DNA from: Minisyncoccia bacterium
GTDB lineage: Bacteria; Patescibacteriota; Minisyncoccia; Phycocordibacterales; UBA9973
Length of the DNA stretch: 64,000 nt
Assembly (NCBI GenBank): GCA_049317285.1
Contig: JBMOIO010000003.1
Span: 25,003 to 89,002 of the forward strand
Direction: 5' to 3'
Positions 1 to 10,560 of the stretch are shown here, in pieces (position 1 is the stretch's first letter; each line of letters begins with the position of its first letter). The notes under the pieces were generated by a model that saw only the letters and a program-made list of their open reading frames with translations, was not told the DNA's origin and searched no databases. A program made the translations under genes and the position numbers.

Positions 1-300
1 AAAGTATGGAGTCTTGGGGCATCAAAAACATTTTCTGAATTGGTAAAATTGGCTACCGGAAAAAAACTCTCTGCTACTCCTTATGTACAAAATGTTACGC
101 GTTCAATACCGTCTATTTTAAAAATTGCAAAAGAGCGAATCGAAACCCTTTCTAAAAAACCGGTATTTAAAAAACCGATTAGTCTTGATGCAAGTATTTC
201 TATGGTGCACGGCAAGCAGTTGGTTGCGACCAATAAAAAGAGCTTTGAAGACATGGCAGCAACCTATGCCACATGGCTCAAAAAGCAGAAAAAGAAGTAA
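1..300 (+). CDS. C-terminal fragment of a gene running in from the left edge, possibly an M3-family metallopeptidase
   Basis: Frame open from base 1 (KVWSLGASKTFSELVKLATGKKLS...), resembling M3 peptidase C-termini; stop at 298-300. Confidence 0.45.
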   Translation, partial: KVWSLGASKTFSELVKLATGKKLSATPYVQNVTRSIPSILKIAKERIETLSKKPVFKKPISLDASISMVHGKQLVATNKKSFEDMAATYATWLKKQKKK

Positions 301-336
301 CTTTATAAAGGCTAGTATTTTTGCTACAGTATTCCC

Positions 337-2106
337 ATGACTTCTTCCGATATTCGCGCTCGATTCCTCGCATTCTTTGAGAAGCGCGGACACGCTATTT
401 TACCCTCAGCTTCGCTTGTCCCTAAAAATGACCCTTCAGTTCTCTTTAATACAGCCGGCATGCAGCCTTTGGTCCCATACTTATTGGGAGAACAGCACCC
501 ACAGGGCACCCGCCTTGCAAGCGCACAAAAGTGCGTGCGTACGGGAGACATTGACGAAGTGGGAGACAACCGCCATCTCACGTTTTTTGAAATGCTCGGT
601 AACTGGTCTTTGGGTGATCCTGCCTCGCCTGACGGCGTAGGACAAGGCGGGTACTTCAAGGAAGATGCTATTAAGTGGAGCTATGAATTTCTCATATCCA
701 AAGAAGAAGGGCTTGGGATTGATCCGTCACGCCTCTATGTGACAGTGTTTGAAGGTGACGAGAATGCACCGCGGGACTTGGAAGCAGTTGAAATATGGAA
801 ACAATACATTCCGGAGCACCGTATTTATTTTCTTCCTGCAAAGAACAACTGGTGGAGCCCAGGCGACAATGGCCCTTGCGGACCAGACAGTGAAATGTTT
901 TATGACATTGCCGGCACTCTTGGAGACATGTCGCATGAGGAATTTGTGACTGCCGACGACCGTGGAGATGTGGTAGAAATTTGGAATGATGTGTTCATGC
1001 AGTACTTGGCAAAGGATGGAAAAGTGATTGGGCAACTCAGTCAAAAAAATGTAGACACAGGAAGCGGGCTTGAGCGCATTGCGATGATTGTGCAAGGGAA
1101 GTCGAATGTGTTTGAGACGGATACATTTGCGCCTGTGATTGATCTTATTATTACTACAGCAACAGTATATGAGGAGCGCAGTGCTCGCATTGTTGCAGAC
1201 CATATTCGAAGCGCAGTTTTTTTGGTTGCAGACGGAGTTATTCCTTCAAATAAAGATCAGGGGTATATCCTTCGTCGTCTTATCCGTCGTGCAGCAGTAC
1301 AGGCGCGAGCACTCGGTCTTACAGACCAAGTTGTTATTGATATAATTGCACTCTTTATTATTTCGTACAAAGATCATTATCCAGAAACTGCAGTACTAAA
1401 TGTTTCAGAAACGATTTTGGCTGAGATTTCAAAATTCAAAAAAACACTTGAATCCGGTTTGAAAGAATTTGAAAAAGGGATAGACGCATTCACACTTGCT
1501 ACTACCTACGGTTTTCCAATAGAGCTCACAATAGAGCTTGCGAAAGAAAAGGAGTGGGAGGTTGATGTGGAAGCGTTCAACGTGCAAATGAAAGCCCACC
1601 AAGAGGTATCGCGTGCAGGGGCAGAGCAGAAGTTCAAAGGCGGGCTTTCTGGTACTACAGAGATGACGACAAAGCTTCACACAGCGCACCACCTGTTGCT
1701 CGCAGCGCTTCAAACAATAGTGAGCCCGGACATTCACCAAAAGGGAAGTAATATCACCGACGAGCGCCTTCGCATCGACTTTAACCTCGACCGAAAACTC
1801 ACCGATGAAGAAAAGCACGCTATTGAAGCGTGGGTAAACAACATCATTGCGCATGACTACAGTGTTGTTCGAAGAGAAATGCCGAAAGCTGATGCAGAGA
1901 GTATTGGGGCGGAGATGGAATTTGGCACCACCTACCCAGATATTGTGAGCGTGTACTCTATCGAAGACAATAATGGCACTGCAGTATCAAAAGAATTCTG
2001 TGGCGGCCCGCATGTTGAACACACCGGAGCCATCGGCACATTCCGTATTCTCAAAGAAGAAGCATCATCTGCCGGCATCCGCCGAATCAAAGCAATACTT
2101 GGATAA
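337..2106 (+). CDS. alaS: Alanine--tRNA ligase, short form without C-Ala domain
   Basis: FNTAGMQPL, HLTFFEMLGNWS, GPCGPDSE, DTGSGLER; editing motifs HTAHH and EFCGGPH; ends GIRRIKA. Confidence 0.98.
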   Translation: MTSSDIRARFLAFFEKRGHAILPSASLVPKNDPSVLFNTAGMQPLVPYLLGEQHPQGTRLASAQKCVRTGDIDEVGDNRHLTFFEMLGNWSLGDPASPDGVGQGGYFKEDAIKWSYEFLISKEEGLGIDPSRLYVTVFEGDENAPRDLEAVEIWKQYIPEHRIYFLPAKNNWWSPGDNGPCGPDSEMFYDIAGTLGDMSHEEFVTADDRGDVVEIWNDVFMQYLAKDGKVIGQLSQKNVDTGSGLERIAMIVQGKSNVFETDTFAPVIDLIITTATVYEERSARIVADHIRSAVFLVADGVIPSNKDQGYILRRLIRRAAVQARALGLTDQVVIDIIALFIISYKDHYPETAVLNVSETILAEISKFKKTLESGLKEFEKGIDAFTLATTYGFPIELTIELAKEKEWEVDVEAFNVQMKAHQEVSRAGAEQKFKGGLSGTTEMTTKLHTAHHLLLAALQTIVSPDIHQKGSNITDERLRIDFNLDRKLTDEEKHAIEAWVNNIIAHDYSVVRREMPKADAESIGAEMEFGTTYPDIVSVYSIEDNNGTAVSKEFCGGPHVEHTGAIGTFRILKEEASSAGIRRIKAILG

Positions 2107-2176
2107 TTAGTTGTTTGACTTTTTTATAATTTTGTGATATAAAGCGAAAAACACTGAACCTTAAAAATAATAGTAA

Positions 2177-3910
2177 ATGGTAAGAAACTTAAAGATAGTT
2201 TTTTCGACATATCGAAAAATGACTAAGCGGTACCAAGGGTATGCCTTAGCAACACTAGCCTGTTATTCCGGTGCCACTACTACCCAGCGGGTACTGGTAC
2301 CAATGTTTGTTGCAAGCGTGCTTGCCAATATGGTGAGTAATGCAAGTGAAGTATTTACGCCATTCTGGCTTTTTGCCGGAGGGATTATTCTCGCCAACAT
2401 TCTTTTTAGAATCGGAGACTGGTGTATTGTTCAATTCGAATCAAAATCGATTGTTACATTGCGCCAAAATGCTATTGAATCAATCATTGCACAACCTCAA
2501 AGCTTCTTTATGAATAGTTTTTCTGGAGCATTGGTTGCTCGGATGGCTCGATTTGAACGGAGCTTTGAAACAATGTTTGATATTTTGGCCTGGGGATTCC
2601 TCTTCTCGACGGTGCAAGTAATAGGAATATTCATTGTGCTGTCTTTCAAGTCTCTCCTCATGGCAAGCATTGTGCTTGTGTGGGCTGCGCTGTATGTTTT
2701 TATAAGCATACATACTGCCCGATTGAGGGTTGCAATAGATTCTCACGAAGCCGAGCTGAGCTCAAAGCTCACAGGTGTTAGCGCCGATATTATTGGAAAC
2801 GCTTTCACTATTATGCTCTTTGGAAGGCGCAAGGCAGAGATGAAATATTTCAAGCAAGAAAACCAGCAGCAGGGTGCGGCACTGAAGCGTTCATGGATGT
2901 ATAGTAATATACAAAATGGAATTCAGGGCTTCCTTACCGCAGCTCTTGAAGTAGGTGCATTGGGGGCCGCGCTTCTCTTATGGAGAAAGGGGCAATTAAA
3001 TGCTGCGGATGTGGCGCTAGTATATTTCTACATGGGCATCATTTCAAATACTATGTGGGAAGTAGGAAAACAATTCGTGAAATTTTCAAAAGCTACGACA
3101 GATGCGACCGAGATGATTGATATATTCAAATCAACTCCGGAAGTGAATATCTTGGCCGACGATGAAGATTACGATATTACTGATGGCTCTGTTGTTATAA
3201 GCGACTTAACCTTCAGCTACACCGTTGGAAAAAATGTGTTTAGTAACCTTCATCTCACTATTCCTCATGGTCAGCATGTAGGAGTGGTTGGTACTACTGG
3301 TGCGGGCAAGTCCACACTGATTGCCATGCTTATGCGGTTTCGTGACCCTCTGGGTGGCGTAATTGAAATTGGAGGCGTTGATATTGCTTCTATTGAGCAC
3401 GACGCATTGCGCAGGCAGATTGCGATTGTTCCCCAGGATGTGTCATTACTTCACCGTACGATATTTGAAAATATCGGATACGGCGCAAAAGATCCCACAA
3501 TGGAACAAGTGATTGATGCGGCAAAGAAAGCACAGATACACGACACCATAATGAAGTTCGAACACGGATACAACACTGTCGTGGGCGAACGCGGCGTCAA
3601 ACTCTCAGGAGGACAACGTCAAAGAATAGCCATCGCTCGAGCACTCGTAATTGATGCCAAGATAATTATTCTCGACGAAGCCACCAGCTCGCTCGATGCG
3701 ATTACCGAAACGTATATACAGGAAATCCTTCAAACTGAACTACAAGGAAAAACAGTAATTATCATTGCCCATCGTCTCGCGACCGTGCGCGAATGTGACC
3801 GTATCATTGTTTTAGAAAATGGAACCATCAAAGAAGACGGTTCACACTACGCCCTTATGGAGCAAAATGGTTTTTATACTGAATTAGTTAAACATCAATA
3901 TGCTCAATGA
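2177..3910 (+). CDS. ABC exporter, fused permease/ATPase
   Basis: TM N-half; GTTGAGKST, LSGGQRQR, ILDEATSSLD. Confidence 0.93.
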   Translation: MVRNLKIVFSTYRKMTKRYQGYALATLACYSGATTTQRVLVPMFVASVLANMVSNASEVFTPFWLFAGGIILANILFRIGDWCIVQFESKSIVTLRQNAIESIIAQPQSFFMNSFSGALVARMARFERSFETMFDILAWGFLFSTVQVIGIFIVLSFKSLLMASIVLVWAALYVFISIHTARLRVAIDSHEAELSSKLTGVSADIIGNAFTIMLFGRRKAEMKYFKQENQQQGAALKRSWMYSNIQNGIQGFLTAALEVGALGAALLLWRKGQLNAADVALVYFYMGIISNTMWEVGKQFVKFSKATTDATEMIDIFKSTPEVNILADDEDYDITDGSVVISDLTFSYTVGKNVFSNLHLTIPHGQHVGVVGTTGAGKSTLIAMLMRFRDPLGGVIEIGGVDIASIEHDALRRQIAIVPQDVSLLHRTIFENIGYGAKDPTMEQVIDAAKKAQIHDTIMKFEHGYNTVVGERGVKLSGGQRQRIAIARALVIDAKIIILDEATSSLDAITETYIQEILQTELQGKTVIIIAHRLATVRECDRIIVLENGTIKEDGSHYALMEQNGFYTELVKHQYAQ

Positions 3911-3983
3911 CAACATCCCTGATTATAGAAATATAGTCAGGGATTTTTATATGCGAAAAAAAATAATACGCTATACTGTATGT

Positions 3984-5177
3984 ATGTCATCTTCGAAAGT
4001 ACGAAGTATCCCTGTTGCTATTTTTGATATCAGCTCAAGCAGTGTTGGCGGTGCGCACGCACTGATTAAAAAAGCCGCGAATACTGAAATACCATTGACT
4101 GAAAAAGTCGCTCTCCTCGCACAAGCACGCAGTGAGGCTCCTTTGCAGACAGAACTCAATATTGAACGCTTTGTCGCAGAAGCACTGAAAGGATTGGAAA
4201 CGGTTGCGACCGCTGTCCGCAAGGCAGACGTGCACCACCCAGAATATATTCAGATAGTGCTTGCGTCGCCTTGGTATACATCGCAGACTCGCACCATTTC
4301 GTTTAACAAGTCGACACCCTTTCTCTGCACTGAAAAACTTGTGCACAGTCTTGTTGATAAAGAGGTTGAATATATATTAAAAAATGAAACCGACCAATTT
4401 GGAGCGCTCGGGACGGAGTATACAATTGTCGAAAAGCAGCTTTCACTCATAAAGCTCAACGGGTATGTGACCCACGCGCCTTATGGCAAGCGCACTACTT
4501 CCATAGAAGTGTATTTGACGGTCACTGTGGCTCCAAAAAAAGTATTGGACCAGTGTACTGATCTTTTGCGCCGAATGTATGGCACACGCCCTATCGGCAT
4601 CACAACAAGCCCGTATGCAACGTTTGTCAGTATGCGCGCCCGCGCCGCGAGCACGCACGAGAGCGTCATTGTTGATGTTGGAGAAGAGGTGACCGATGTT
4701 GCCTTTGTCAAAGACGAGCTTTTTTTATACCAACATTCGTTCCCGGTCGGCACGTATGAACTGTACCGCGCTTTGGCAACAGAGGGGAACCATGCTCCTT
4801 CTGAAGGAGCAGCAGTGCTTGAAAGCTATGCACTGCAGAAGCTCTCTGGGGGTGCCCAACAGACGGTTGAAAAGGCGCTGGCACTGTTCGCCACTACTTG
4901 GCAGAAGGGGTTAGAGGATGTAATCGACAAGGGACACTATGGCTTTGCGCTCCCGCCAAGCTGGTTTACGGTTGTCGATCAGCATTTTGTACAGTTACTA
5001 CAGCGTATTCTCGCGAATAATCCGTTTCTTGCACACCGATCAGCGACAGCGATGACCTCGACAGTTATTACTGCGGGGCTACTTGAAAAAATAGTGAAGC
5101 CCGCGCCGGAAACAGCGCTCGATGTACCGCTTGCAGTAGGATTGTTGTTTGTCGAAAGCTTTTTATTGCCTGAGTGA
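3984..5177 (+). CDS. FtsA/PilM-like actin-fold protein, divergent
   Basis: IFDISSSSVG and IVDVGEEVTD phosphate-like motifs; ATG at 3984 follows a TATACT box. Confidence 0.6.
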   Translation: MSSSKVRSIPVAIFDISSSSVGGAHALIKKAANTEIPLTEKVALLAQARSEAPLQTELNIERFVAEALKGLETVATAVRKADVHHPEYIQIVLASPWYTSQTRTISFNKSTPFLCTEKLVHSLVDKEVEYILKNETDQFGALGTEYTIVEKQLSLIKLNGYVTHAPYGKRTTSIEVYLTVTVAPKKVLDQCTDLLRRMYGTRPIGITTSPYATFVSMRARAASTHESVIVDVGEEVTDVAFVKDELFLYQHSFPVGTYELYRALATEGNHAPSEGAAVLESYALQKLSGGAQQTVEKALALFATTWQKGLEDVIDKGHYGFALPPSWFTVVDQHFVQLLQRILANNPFLAHRSATAMTSTVITAGLLEKIVKPAPETALDVPLAVGLLFVESFLLPE

Positions 5178-5194
5178 TGTAATACAATAAGTGC

Positions 5195-6460
5195 ATGAAA
5201 CTCTACGATGTCATTCGCAAAGAAGAACTTGAAAAAGACGGCACTACACTCGAAGAGATAAATACGCCGGAATATCCGGAGGAACTGCAGCGCACCAGGC
5301 ATAGCCACAGACCACGGAGAAAATTTTCATGGCGCTCGCTTGCGGTCATTGCAGGAGCGGTCATTTTTATCGCACTTCTCTATGTTGTCGGCATGAAGCT
5401 CGTTCATGCGCGGGTTGTTGTGACTGAACGGCATATTCCGTTTTCCTTTGACCGCATGCAGCTTGATATGGAGGAAGAGAAAATCGCGGATGCTGACCGC
5501 CTCTCTTTTCAGGCGATGGTAGTGACCACTGACGTTACTCGGCAGATTTATGCTTCTGCACTGAAGCAAAGCAATACCCGCGCATCGGGCAAAGTAGTTC
5601 TTTTTAATGAAAATAGCACCAAGGCGGTGACTATCAAAAGTGGAACGACACTGACGGGGGCAAATGGAAAAAAATATACTACTCAGTCCGCGGTAACAAT
5701 TTCCGGATACACGACGGCCAACAAGGTAAAAAAGGCGGGGACTAGTCCGCAAGTCACTGTGACTGCGGTAGATGTCGGTAGTACCTATAATACAGACGGT
5801 ACAAGCTTTACGGTTGCTGGATATACCAGTAAACAGATTTATGCGAGAAGTACAGGTTCGATCACTGGAGGAGAAGCTGGTATGGCACACGTACTGACAG
5901 AGAGCGACAAGGAGGAGGCCATTCTTTCTCTTCAAGCAGACCTGGCCGAGAAATTAAAGCGCGAGACGCGCGCGGCAATCCCAGCTGAATATATTACCTT
6001 CCCAAACCTCCAGTTCATCACGATTGATCGCGACTCACTCACTATTCAAGGAAGTGCCATCAAGTTTCCCGCAAGCATCAAGGGGACCATGGTGTCCTAC
6101 TTGATCCGCAGAGATTTGCTTGAAAGCGCAATTGCCGCAAAAGTAGTGAACGACCGCACCTATCCAGCGGTTTCAATACCGGCACTTGGGGATATTGATG
6201 TAGAGCCTATTTCCGCTATCCCTACTGATGCAACCAAAGTTCCTGATACGCTGACGATTTCACTTTCAGGTACCGGCACCCTTATTACGAACGTGAATAC
6301 TGAGAAAGTCGCGCAGTCTGTCCTGGGCGTTCCCCGAGGGTCTTTTACGACAGCACTTGCATCGGTAGCTGAAATAGAGGAGGCGCGCTATACACTGTAC
6401 CCGTTTTGGGCACCCTTTTTTCCGAGAAATCAGGAGCGGATAACCGTAGAAGTGAAGTAA
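5195..6460 (+). CDS. Single-pass membrane protein with baseplate-J-like extracellular domain
   Basis: One TM near residues 48-68; RASGKVVLFN...GTTL...G..YN...GSITGG pattern. Confidence 0.55.
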   Translation: MKLYDVIRKEELEKDGTTLEEINTPEYPEELQRTRHSHRPRRKFSWRSLAVIAGAVIFIALLYVVGMKLVHARVVVTERHIPFSFDRMQLDMEEEKIADADRLSFQAMVVTTDVTRQIYASALKQSNTRASGKVVLFNENSTKAVTIKSGTTLTGANGKKYTTQSAVTISGYTTANKVKKAGTSPQVTVTAVDVGSTYNTDGTSFTVAGYTSKQIYARSTGSITGGEAGMAHVLTESDKEEAILSLQADLAEKLKRETRAAIPAEYITFPNLQFITIDRDSLTIQGSAIKFPASIKGTMVSYLIRRDLLESAIAAKVVNDRTYPAVSIPALGDIDVEPISAIPTDATKVPDTLTISLSGTGTLITNVNTEKVAQSVLGVPRGSFTTALASVAEIEEARYTLYPFWAPFFPRNQERITVEVK

Positions 6461-6506
6461 TAGTTGACCGTTTTGTAGAATTCTAGTATAGTGTCCCTTG
6501 TAACAC

Positions 6507-6716
6507 ATGCAAACACAAGCAGAGTCAGTTCGGGGCACAATTCAAGAAGCACTTCCTAACACTATGTTTCGAGTGGAGCTTGAGAATGGAACCGTCCTTG
6601 TCGCGTATTTAGCCGGCAAAATGAGACTGCACCGCATCAAAGTACTGGTAGGCGACACTGTCGAAGTGATCATCGACCCGTATGGGGGAAAAGGGCGTAT
6701 TGTCAGGAGAATGTAG
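6507..6716 (+). CDS. infA: Translation initiation factor IF-1
   Basis: [15 protein letters not shown]...YLAGKMR...GD. Confidence 0.98.
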   Translation: MQTQAESVRGTIQEALPNTMFRVELENGTVLVAYLAGKMRLHRIKVLVGDTVEVIIDPYGGKGRIVRRM

Positions 6717-6778
6717 ATAGTGTATACTAGGCCGCGACTCGATTTTGCGTCCAAATTTTTTCAATTTTATCATCTTGT

Positions 6779-6889
6779 ATGAAAGTCAAATCAACCGTCA
6801 AAAAAATGTGCGATAAGTGTAAGATTGTAAAGCGCAATCGGCATTTGGTGGTGATCTGCGATAATCCAAAACATAAGCAAAAACAATAA
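6779..6889 (+). CDS. rpmJ: 50S ribosomal protein L36 (not in ORF track)
   Basis: Manual translation [36 protein letters not shown]; lies between infA and rpsM. Confidence 0.97.
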   Translation: MKVKSTVKKMCDKCKIVKRNRHLVVICDNPKHKQKQ

Positions 6890-6892
6890 ACC

Positions 6893-7273
6893 ATGCGTAT
6901 CCTCGGAATCAACATCCCTAACGAAAAAAGACTCGACATCGGACTTACTACTCTGTATGGTATTGGACGTGTCACTGCAACAAAAATCCTCCTTGCAAAT
7001 GGTGTCACTCCTGAAACAAAAGGTGCAGACGTTACCCTTGAACAAGAAGCAGCAATCCGTAAGGATGTTGAAGAACGCACTATCGAAGGAAACCTCAAGC
7101 GTGAAATCTCTAGTAATGTAAAGCGCCTCAAGGATATCAAATGCTACCGCGGTACTCGCCACACAAAGCGCCTTCCGGTAAACGGCCAGCGCACTAAGAC
7201 CAACTCTCGTACTGTTCGCGGAAACGTTCGAAACACGATGGGAAGCGGACGTCGTAAGGAAAGTAAGACATAA
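6893..7273 (+). CDS. rpsM: 30S ribosomal protein S13
   Basis: LYGIGR, CYRGTRH, LPVNGQRTKTNSRT. Confidence 0.98.
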   Translation: MRILGINIPNEKRLDIGLTTLYGIGRVTATKILLANGVTPETKGADVTLEQEAAIRKDVEERTIEGNLKREISSNVKRLKDIKCYRGTRHTKRLPVNGQRTKTNSRTVRGNVRNTMGSGRRKESKT

Positions 7274-7284
7274 TCAAGAGTAGT

Positions 7285-7719
7285 ATGGGTAAAAAAAGAA
7301 TTGCAACACAAGAAGGACAGTTGGTAGATGCGAATGCTCGCACTCGCCAAGGCGCGCGTACGCCTAAGAAGAAGGTTACTACCTGTATCCTTGCTATTGA
7401 AGCGACTTTTAATAATACAAAGGCTGTCGTAAGCGACCTAAAGGGGAATGTTCTTTTCTGGTCATCAGCTGGCTCTCTCGGCTTTAAGGGTGCAAAAAAG
7501 GGAACTCCCTTTGCTGCATCAAAAGTAGGGGAAATCCTCTCTGAAAAAGCAACAGTGCTTGGCATCAAAGAATGCCGCGTACTTGTTAAAGGAGTCGGAA
7601 GCGGCCGAGAACCATTGATCCGCGGATTTGTAGGAACAGGGATCGAACTATTGGGCATCCGCGACGAAACACCAGTTCCGCACAACGGTCCAAAGCCTAA
7701 GAAACCTCGAAGAGTTTAA
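7285..7719 (+). CDS. rpsK: 30S ribosomal protein S11
   Basis: ATFNNT, GFKGAKKGTPFAA, TPVPHNG. Confidence 0.98.
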   Translation: MGKKRIATQEGQLVDANARTRQGARTPKKKVTTCILAIEATFNNTKAVVSDLKGNVLFWSSAGSLGFKGAKKGTPFAASKVGEILSEKATVLGIKECRVLVKGVGSGREPLIRGFVGTGIELLGIRDETPVPHNGPKPKKPRRV

Positions 7720-7724
7720 AATTT

Positions 7725-8336
7725 ATGAATACTATCGCAAAATACAAAATGTGCCGCCGTCTGGGAGCAGGAATGTTCGAAAAATGCCAGACCGCAAAAT
7801 ATGTTACTAGTGCAGACAAAAAAACCCGCACAACAACAAAGGGCAAGCGCCCAAAAGCGCTCAGTGATTACGGTACTCAGTTGATTGAGAAGCAAAAAGT
7901 GCGCTTCTCATACGGTATCAGTGAACGCCAGCTCGGAAACTATGTTGAACATGCAACTCATGTAAAGGGAATGCCAGTAACTGACAAACTCTACGAGCAG
8001 CTTGAAAACCGCCTCGACAATGTCATTTACCGCCTTGGTTTTGCTGGAACCCGCCGTTTTGCGCGCCAGCTTGCAAGCCATGGACACTTTACTGTCAACG
8101 GCAAAAAGTCTACAATCCCGAGTCAGCAGATTCACGTAGGCGATGTTATAGCGGTGCGTGAAGGTTCACGTAAAAGCCCGATTTTCACCGATTTTAGTAC
8201 AAAAGTAAAAGACTACACCTGGCCTGCCTGGCTCAAGCTCACGCCTGAAGCACTCACGGCCGAGGTGGTAGCAAAACCAAAAAACGACGAACAGTTCTTG
8301 CAGCTCGACACCGTTCTTGAGTTCTATAGCCGATAA
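7725..8336 (+). CDS. rpsD: 30S ribosomal protein S4
   Basis: SDYGTQLIEKQKVR, LENRLDNVIYRLGFA, EFYSR. Confidence 0.98.
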   Translation: MNTIAKYKMCRRLGAGMFEKCQTAKYVTSADKKTRTTTKGKRPKALSDYGTQLIEKQKVRFSYGISERQLGNYVEHATHVKGMPVTDKLYEQLENRLDNVIYRLGFAGTRRFARQLASHGHFTVNGKKSTIPSQQIHVGDVIAVREGSRKSPIFTDFSTKVKDYTWPAWLKLTPEALTAEVVAKPKNDEQFLQLDTVLEFYSR

Positions 8337-8385
8337 TAGAACACACCATTGCAATAATTACAAAATAATTGTATTATATAACACC

Positions 8386-9393
8386 ATGAGCGAACAAACT
8401 ATCCTCCTCCCATCAAAACCAAAAGCAGTACTTGAAGAAGCAAACAAAGGCGTGTTCGAGATCGACGGTCTCGTACCGGGCTACGGCTACACCCTTGGAA
8501 ACTCTCTTCGCCGTATCATTCTTTCTTCTCTTGAAGGAGCTGCAGTGACTGCAGTAAAGATCGATGGTGTTTCTCACGAATTTTCCACAATGGACGGCAT
8601 CAAAGAAGATGTCATCACTATTTTGTTGAACCTCAAGAACATTCGCTTTGGCCTCGCAACTGACGAGCCTGCTACTGTTGTGCTTTCAGCAAAGGGACCA
8701 AAAATGGTAACTGCAGCTGACATCAGTGCAAACGGTGCCGTATCTGTTGCAAACCCCGACCAGTACATTTGTGAAATCACCGGGAAGGTTGGGCTCAACA
8801 TCGAGCTTACTATCGAGCGCGGTCTTGGATTTGTTTCTCGCGATGCACACCACAAGCAAAAGGCTGATATCGGTACTATTTTTCTTGATGCCATTTTCTC
8901 TCCAATCCGTCGCGTGAGCTATGATGTAGAGGAAATGCGCGTAGGCGACAAGACAAACTTTAATCGCCTTCGAATGACTATCGAAACTGATGGCACGCTT
9001 TCACCTCGTGCAGCGCTTGAGTCTTCAGTGCGTACTATGATCGACCAGCTTGCTGCAATCGTGTCAGTAGACAGCGGTGAAGTAATCGCCGCTGTGCAGG
9101 CAAGTGTTGCCGCTAAGGCACCAGTTGCTGAAATGGCGAGTGAAGAAGAATCTGCTCCAGTGGGCAGTGACGAGGACGGCGTTGATGTGACTGATGTGCT
9201 CAAGAACCGCATCGACTCTATCGGACTCTCAACTCGCACACTCAACGCGCTCTCAGCGGCAAATATCCGCACTGTAGGGGGTATTGCGCGCAAGCATGCT
9301 ACAGATCTTTTAGAGATTGACGGTATTGGCGACAAGGGGATTACAGAAATCCGCGAAGCACTTGCAGTCTTTAACTTGTCTTTGAAGGATTAA
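8386..9393 (+). CDS. rpoA: RNA polymerase subunit alpha
   Basis: GYGYTLGNSLRRIILSSL, HEFST, DAIFSPI; alphaCTD LSTRTLNAL. Confidence 0.98.
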   Translation: MSEQTILLPSKPKAVLEEANKGVFEIDGLVPGYGYTLGNSLRRIILSSLEGAAVTAVKIDGVSHEFSTMDGIKEDVITILLNLKNIRFGLATDEPATVVLSAKGPKMVTAADISANGAVSVANPDQYICEITGKVGLNIELTIERGLGFVSRDAHHKQKADIGTIFLDAIFSPIRRVSYDVEEMRVGDKTNFNRLRMTIETDGTLSPRAALESSVRTMIDQLAAIVSVDSGEVIAAVQASVAAKAPVAEMASEEESAPVGSDEDGVDVTDVLKNRIDSIGLSTRTLNALSAANIRTVGGIARKHATDLLEIDGIGDKGITEIREALAVFNLSLKD

Positions 9394-9428
9394 TACGGTA
9401 TAACATAGACTCAATTTAAATTTTTATC

Positions 9429-9785
9429 ATGCGACACCATAATGCAAACAGAAAATTCGGCCGACCAAAGAACCAGCGTTCAGCTCTTTTGAAGGGCCTT
9501 GCTGCATCTTTGATCCAGCACGGTCGCATTATGACGACTGAAGCAAAGGCAAAGGAACTTCGCCCAGCAGTGGAAAAAATGGTCACCAAGGCAAAGAACC
9601 CGACTCTTGCAAACCGTCGTTTGCTTCTCGGTGGCTTCTACAACAACGAAGCGGTGGCAACAAAGCTTATTGCTGACATTGCACCACGCTTTGCAGGCCG
9701 GGATGGTGGCTACACCCGCATCATAAAGCTCGCGCTTCGCAAAAGCGACGCAAGCCCTATGGCAGTAATCGAATTCGTCCAATAA
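9429..9785 (+). CDS. rplQ: 50S ribosomal protein L17
   Basis: MRH, TTEAKAKELR, GGYTRIIK. Confidence 0.98.
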   Translation: MRHHNANRKFGRPKNQRSALLKGLAASLIQHGRIMTTEAKAKELRPAVEKMVTKAKNPTLANRRLLLGGFYNNEAVATKLIADIAPRFAGRDGGYTRIIKLALRKSDASPMAVIEFVQ

Positions 9786-9795
9786 TTTTAATTTT

Positions 9796-10140
9796 ATGAA
9801 CTACACTATCGACGCAACAGGAAAATCACTCGGACGCCTCGCTACAGAAGTAGCAGTGCTTTTGATGGGCAAGAACTCTGTGAACTTCACAAAGAACAAC
9901 CTTTCAGGAAACACGGTTGAAGTAACGAACGCAGGCAAGCTCAAAGTGCCAGGGCAAAAGATGATCGAAAAGACCTACCTTTCTTTCAGTGGCTACCCAG
10001 GTGGTCTCAAAAAGTCTAGTATGGCCCATGTTGTGGAGAAAAAAGGCTACCGTGAGGTAGTGACGCTCGCTGTAAAAGGCATGCTTCCTAACAACAAGCT
10101 TCGCAATGAAATGATGAAGTCTCTCACTGTAACTGATTAA
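9796..10140 (+). CDS. rplM: 50S ribosomal protein L13, short form
   Basis: IDATGKSLGRLATEVA, SGYPGG, AVKGMLP. Confidence 0.97.
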   Translation: MNYTIDATGKSLGRLATEVAVLLMGKNSVNFTKNNLSGNTVEVTNAGKLKVPGQKMIEKTYLSFSGYPGGLKKSSMAHVVEKKGYREVVTLAVKGMLPNNKLRNEMMKSLTVTD

Positions 10141-10148
10141 ATTTATAT

Positions 10149-10553
10149 ATGGAAAAAACTACTACAAAAAAGAAATACACTGAAGCTATCGGCCGCCGCA
10201 AGACTGCAACCGCTCGCGTTCGTTTGATGCTCGGCACTAAAGAGTCGTACACTATCAATGACAAAGACCTTGCAACGTATTTCCCAACAGAAGAATTGCA
10301 GAAGATTGTTACTGACCCTTTCAAGACAGTAGGAGTGTCATACGGCGTTTCAGTGCATGTGAAGGGAAGCGGTATCCACTCTCAGGCAGAAGCAGTGCGC
10401 CACGGTATCTCTCGCGCTCTCGTTAAAGAGAACGAAGAAGACAAGACCAAGCTCAAAACCGACGGCTTCCTCAAGCGCGATCCTCGCGCAAAAGAACGCC
10501 GCAAATTCGGTCTCAAAAAGGCCCGCAAAGCCGGTCAATGGAGTAAGCGTTAA
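10149..10553 (+). CDS. rpsI: 30S ribosomal protein S9
   Basis: GRRKTATARV, QAEAVRHGISRAL, KERRKFGLKKARK..QWSKR. Confidence 0.98.
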   Translation: MEKTTTKKKYTEAIGRRKTATARVRLMLGTKESYTINDKDLATYFPTEELQKIVTDPFKTVGVSYGVSVHVKGSGIHSQAEAVRHGISRALVKENEEDKTKLKTDGFLKRDPRAKERRKFGLKKARKAGQWSKR

Positions 10554-10560
10554 TCTCTCA

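Noticed and set aside
5195-6460. Prophage tail gene
   Set aside because: Has a TM anchor, sits among core genes, and no other virion genes are present
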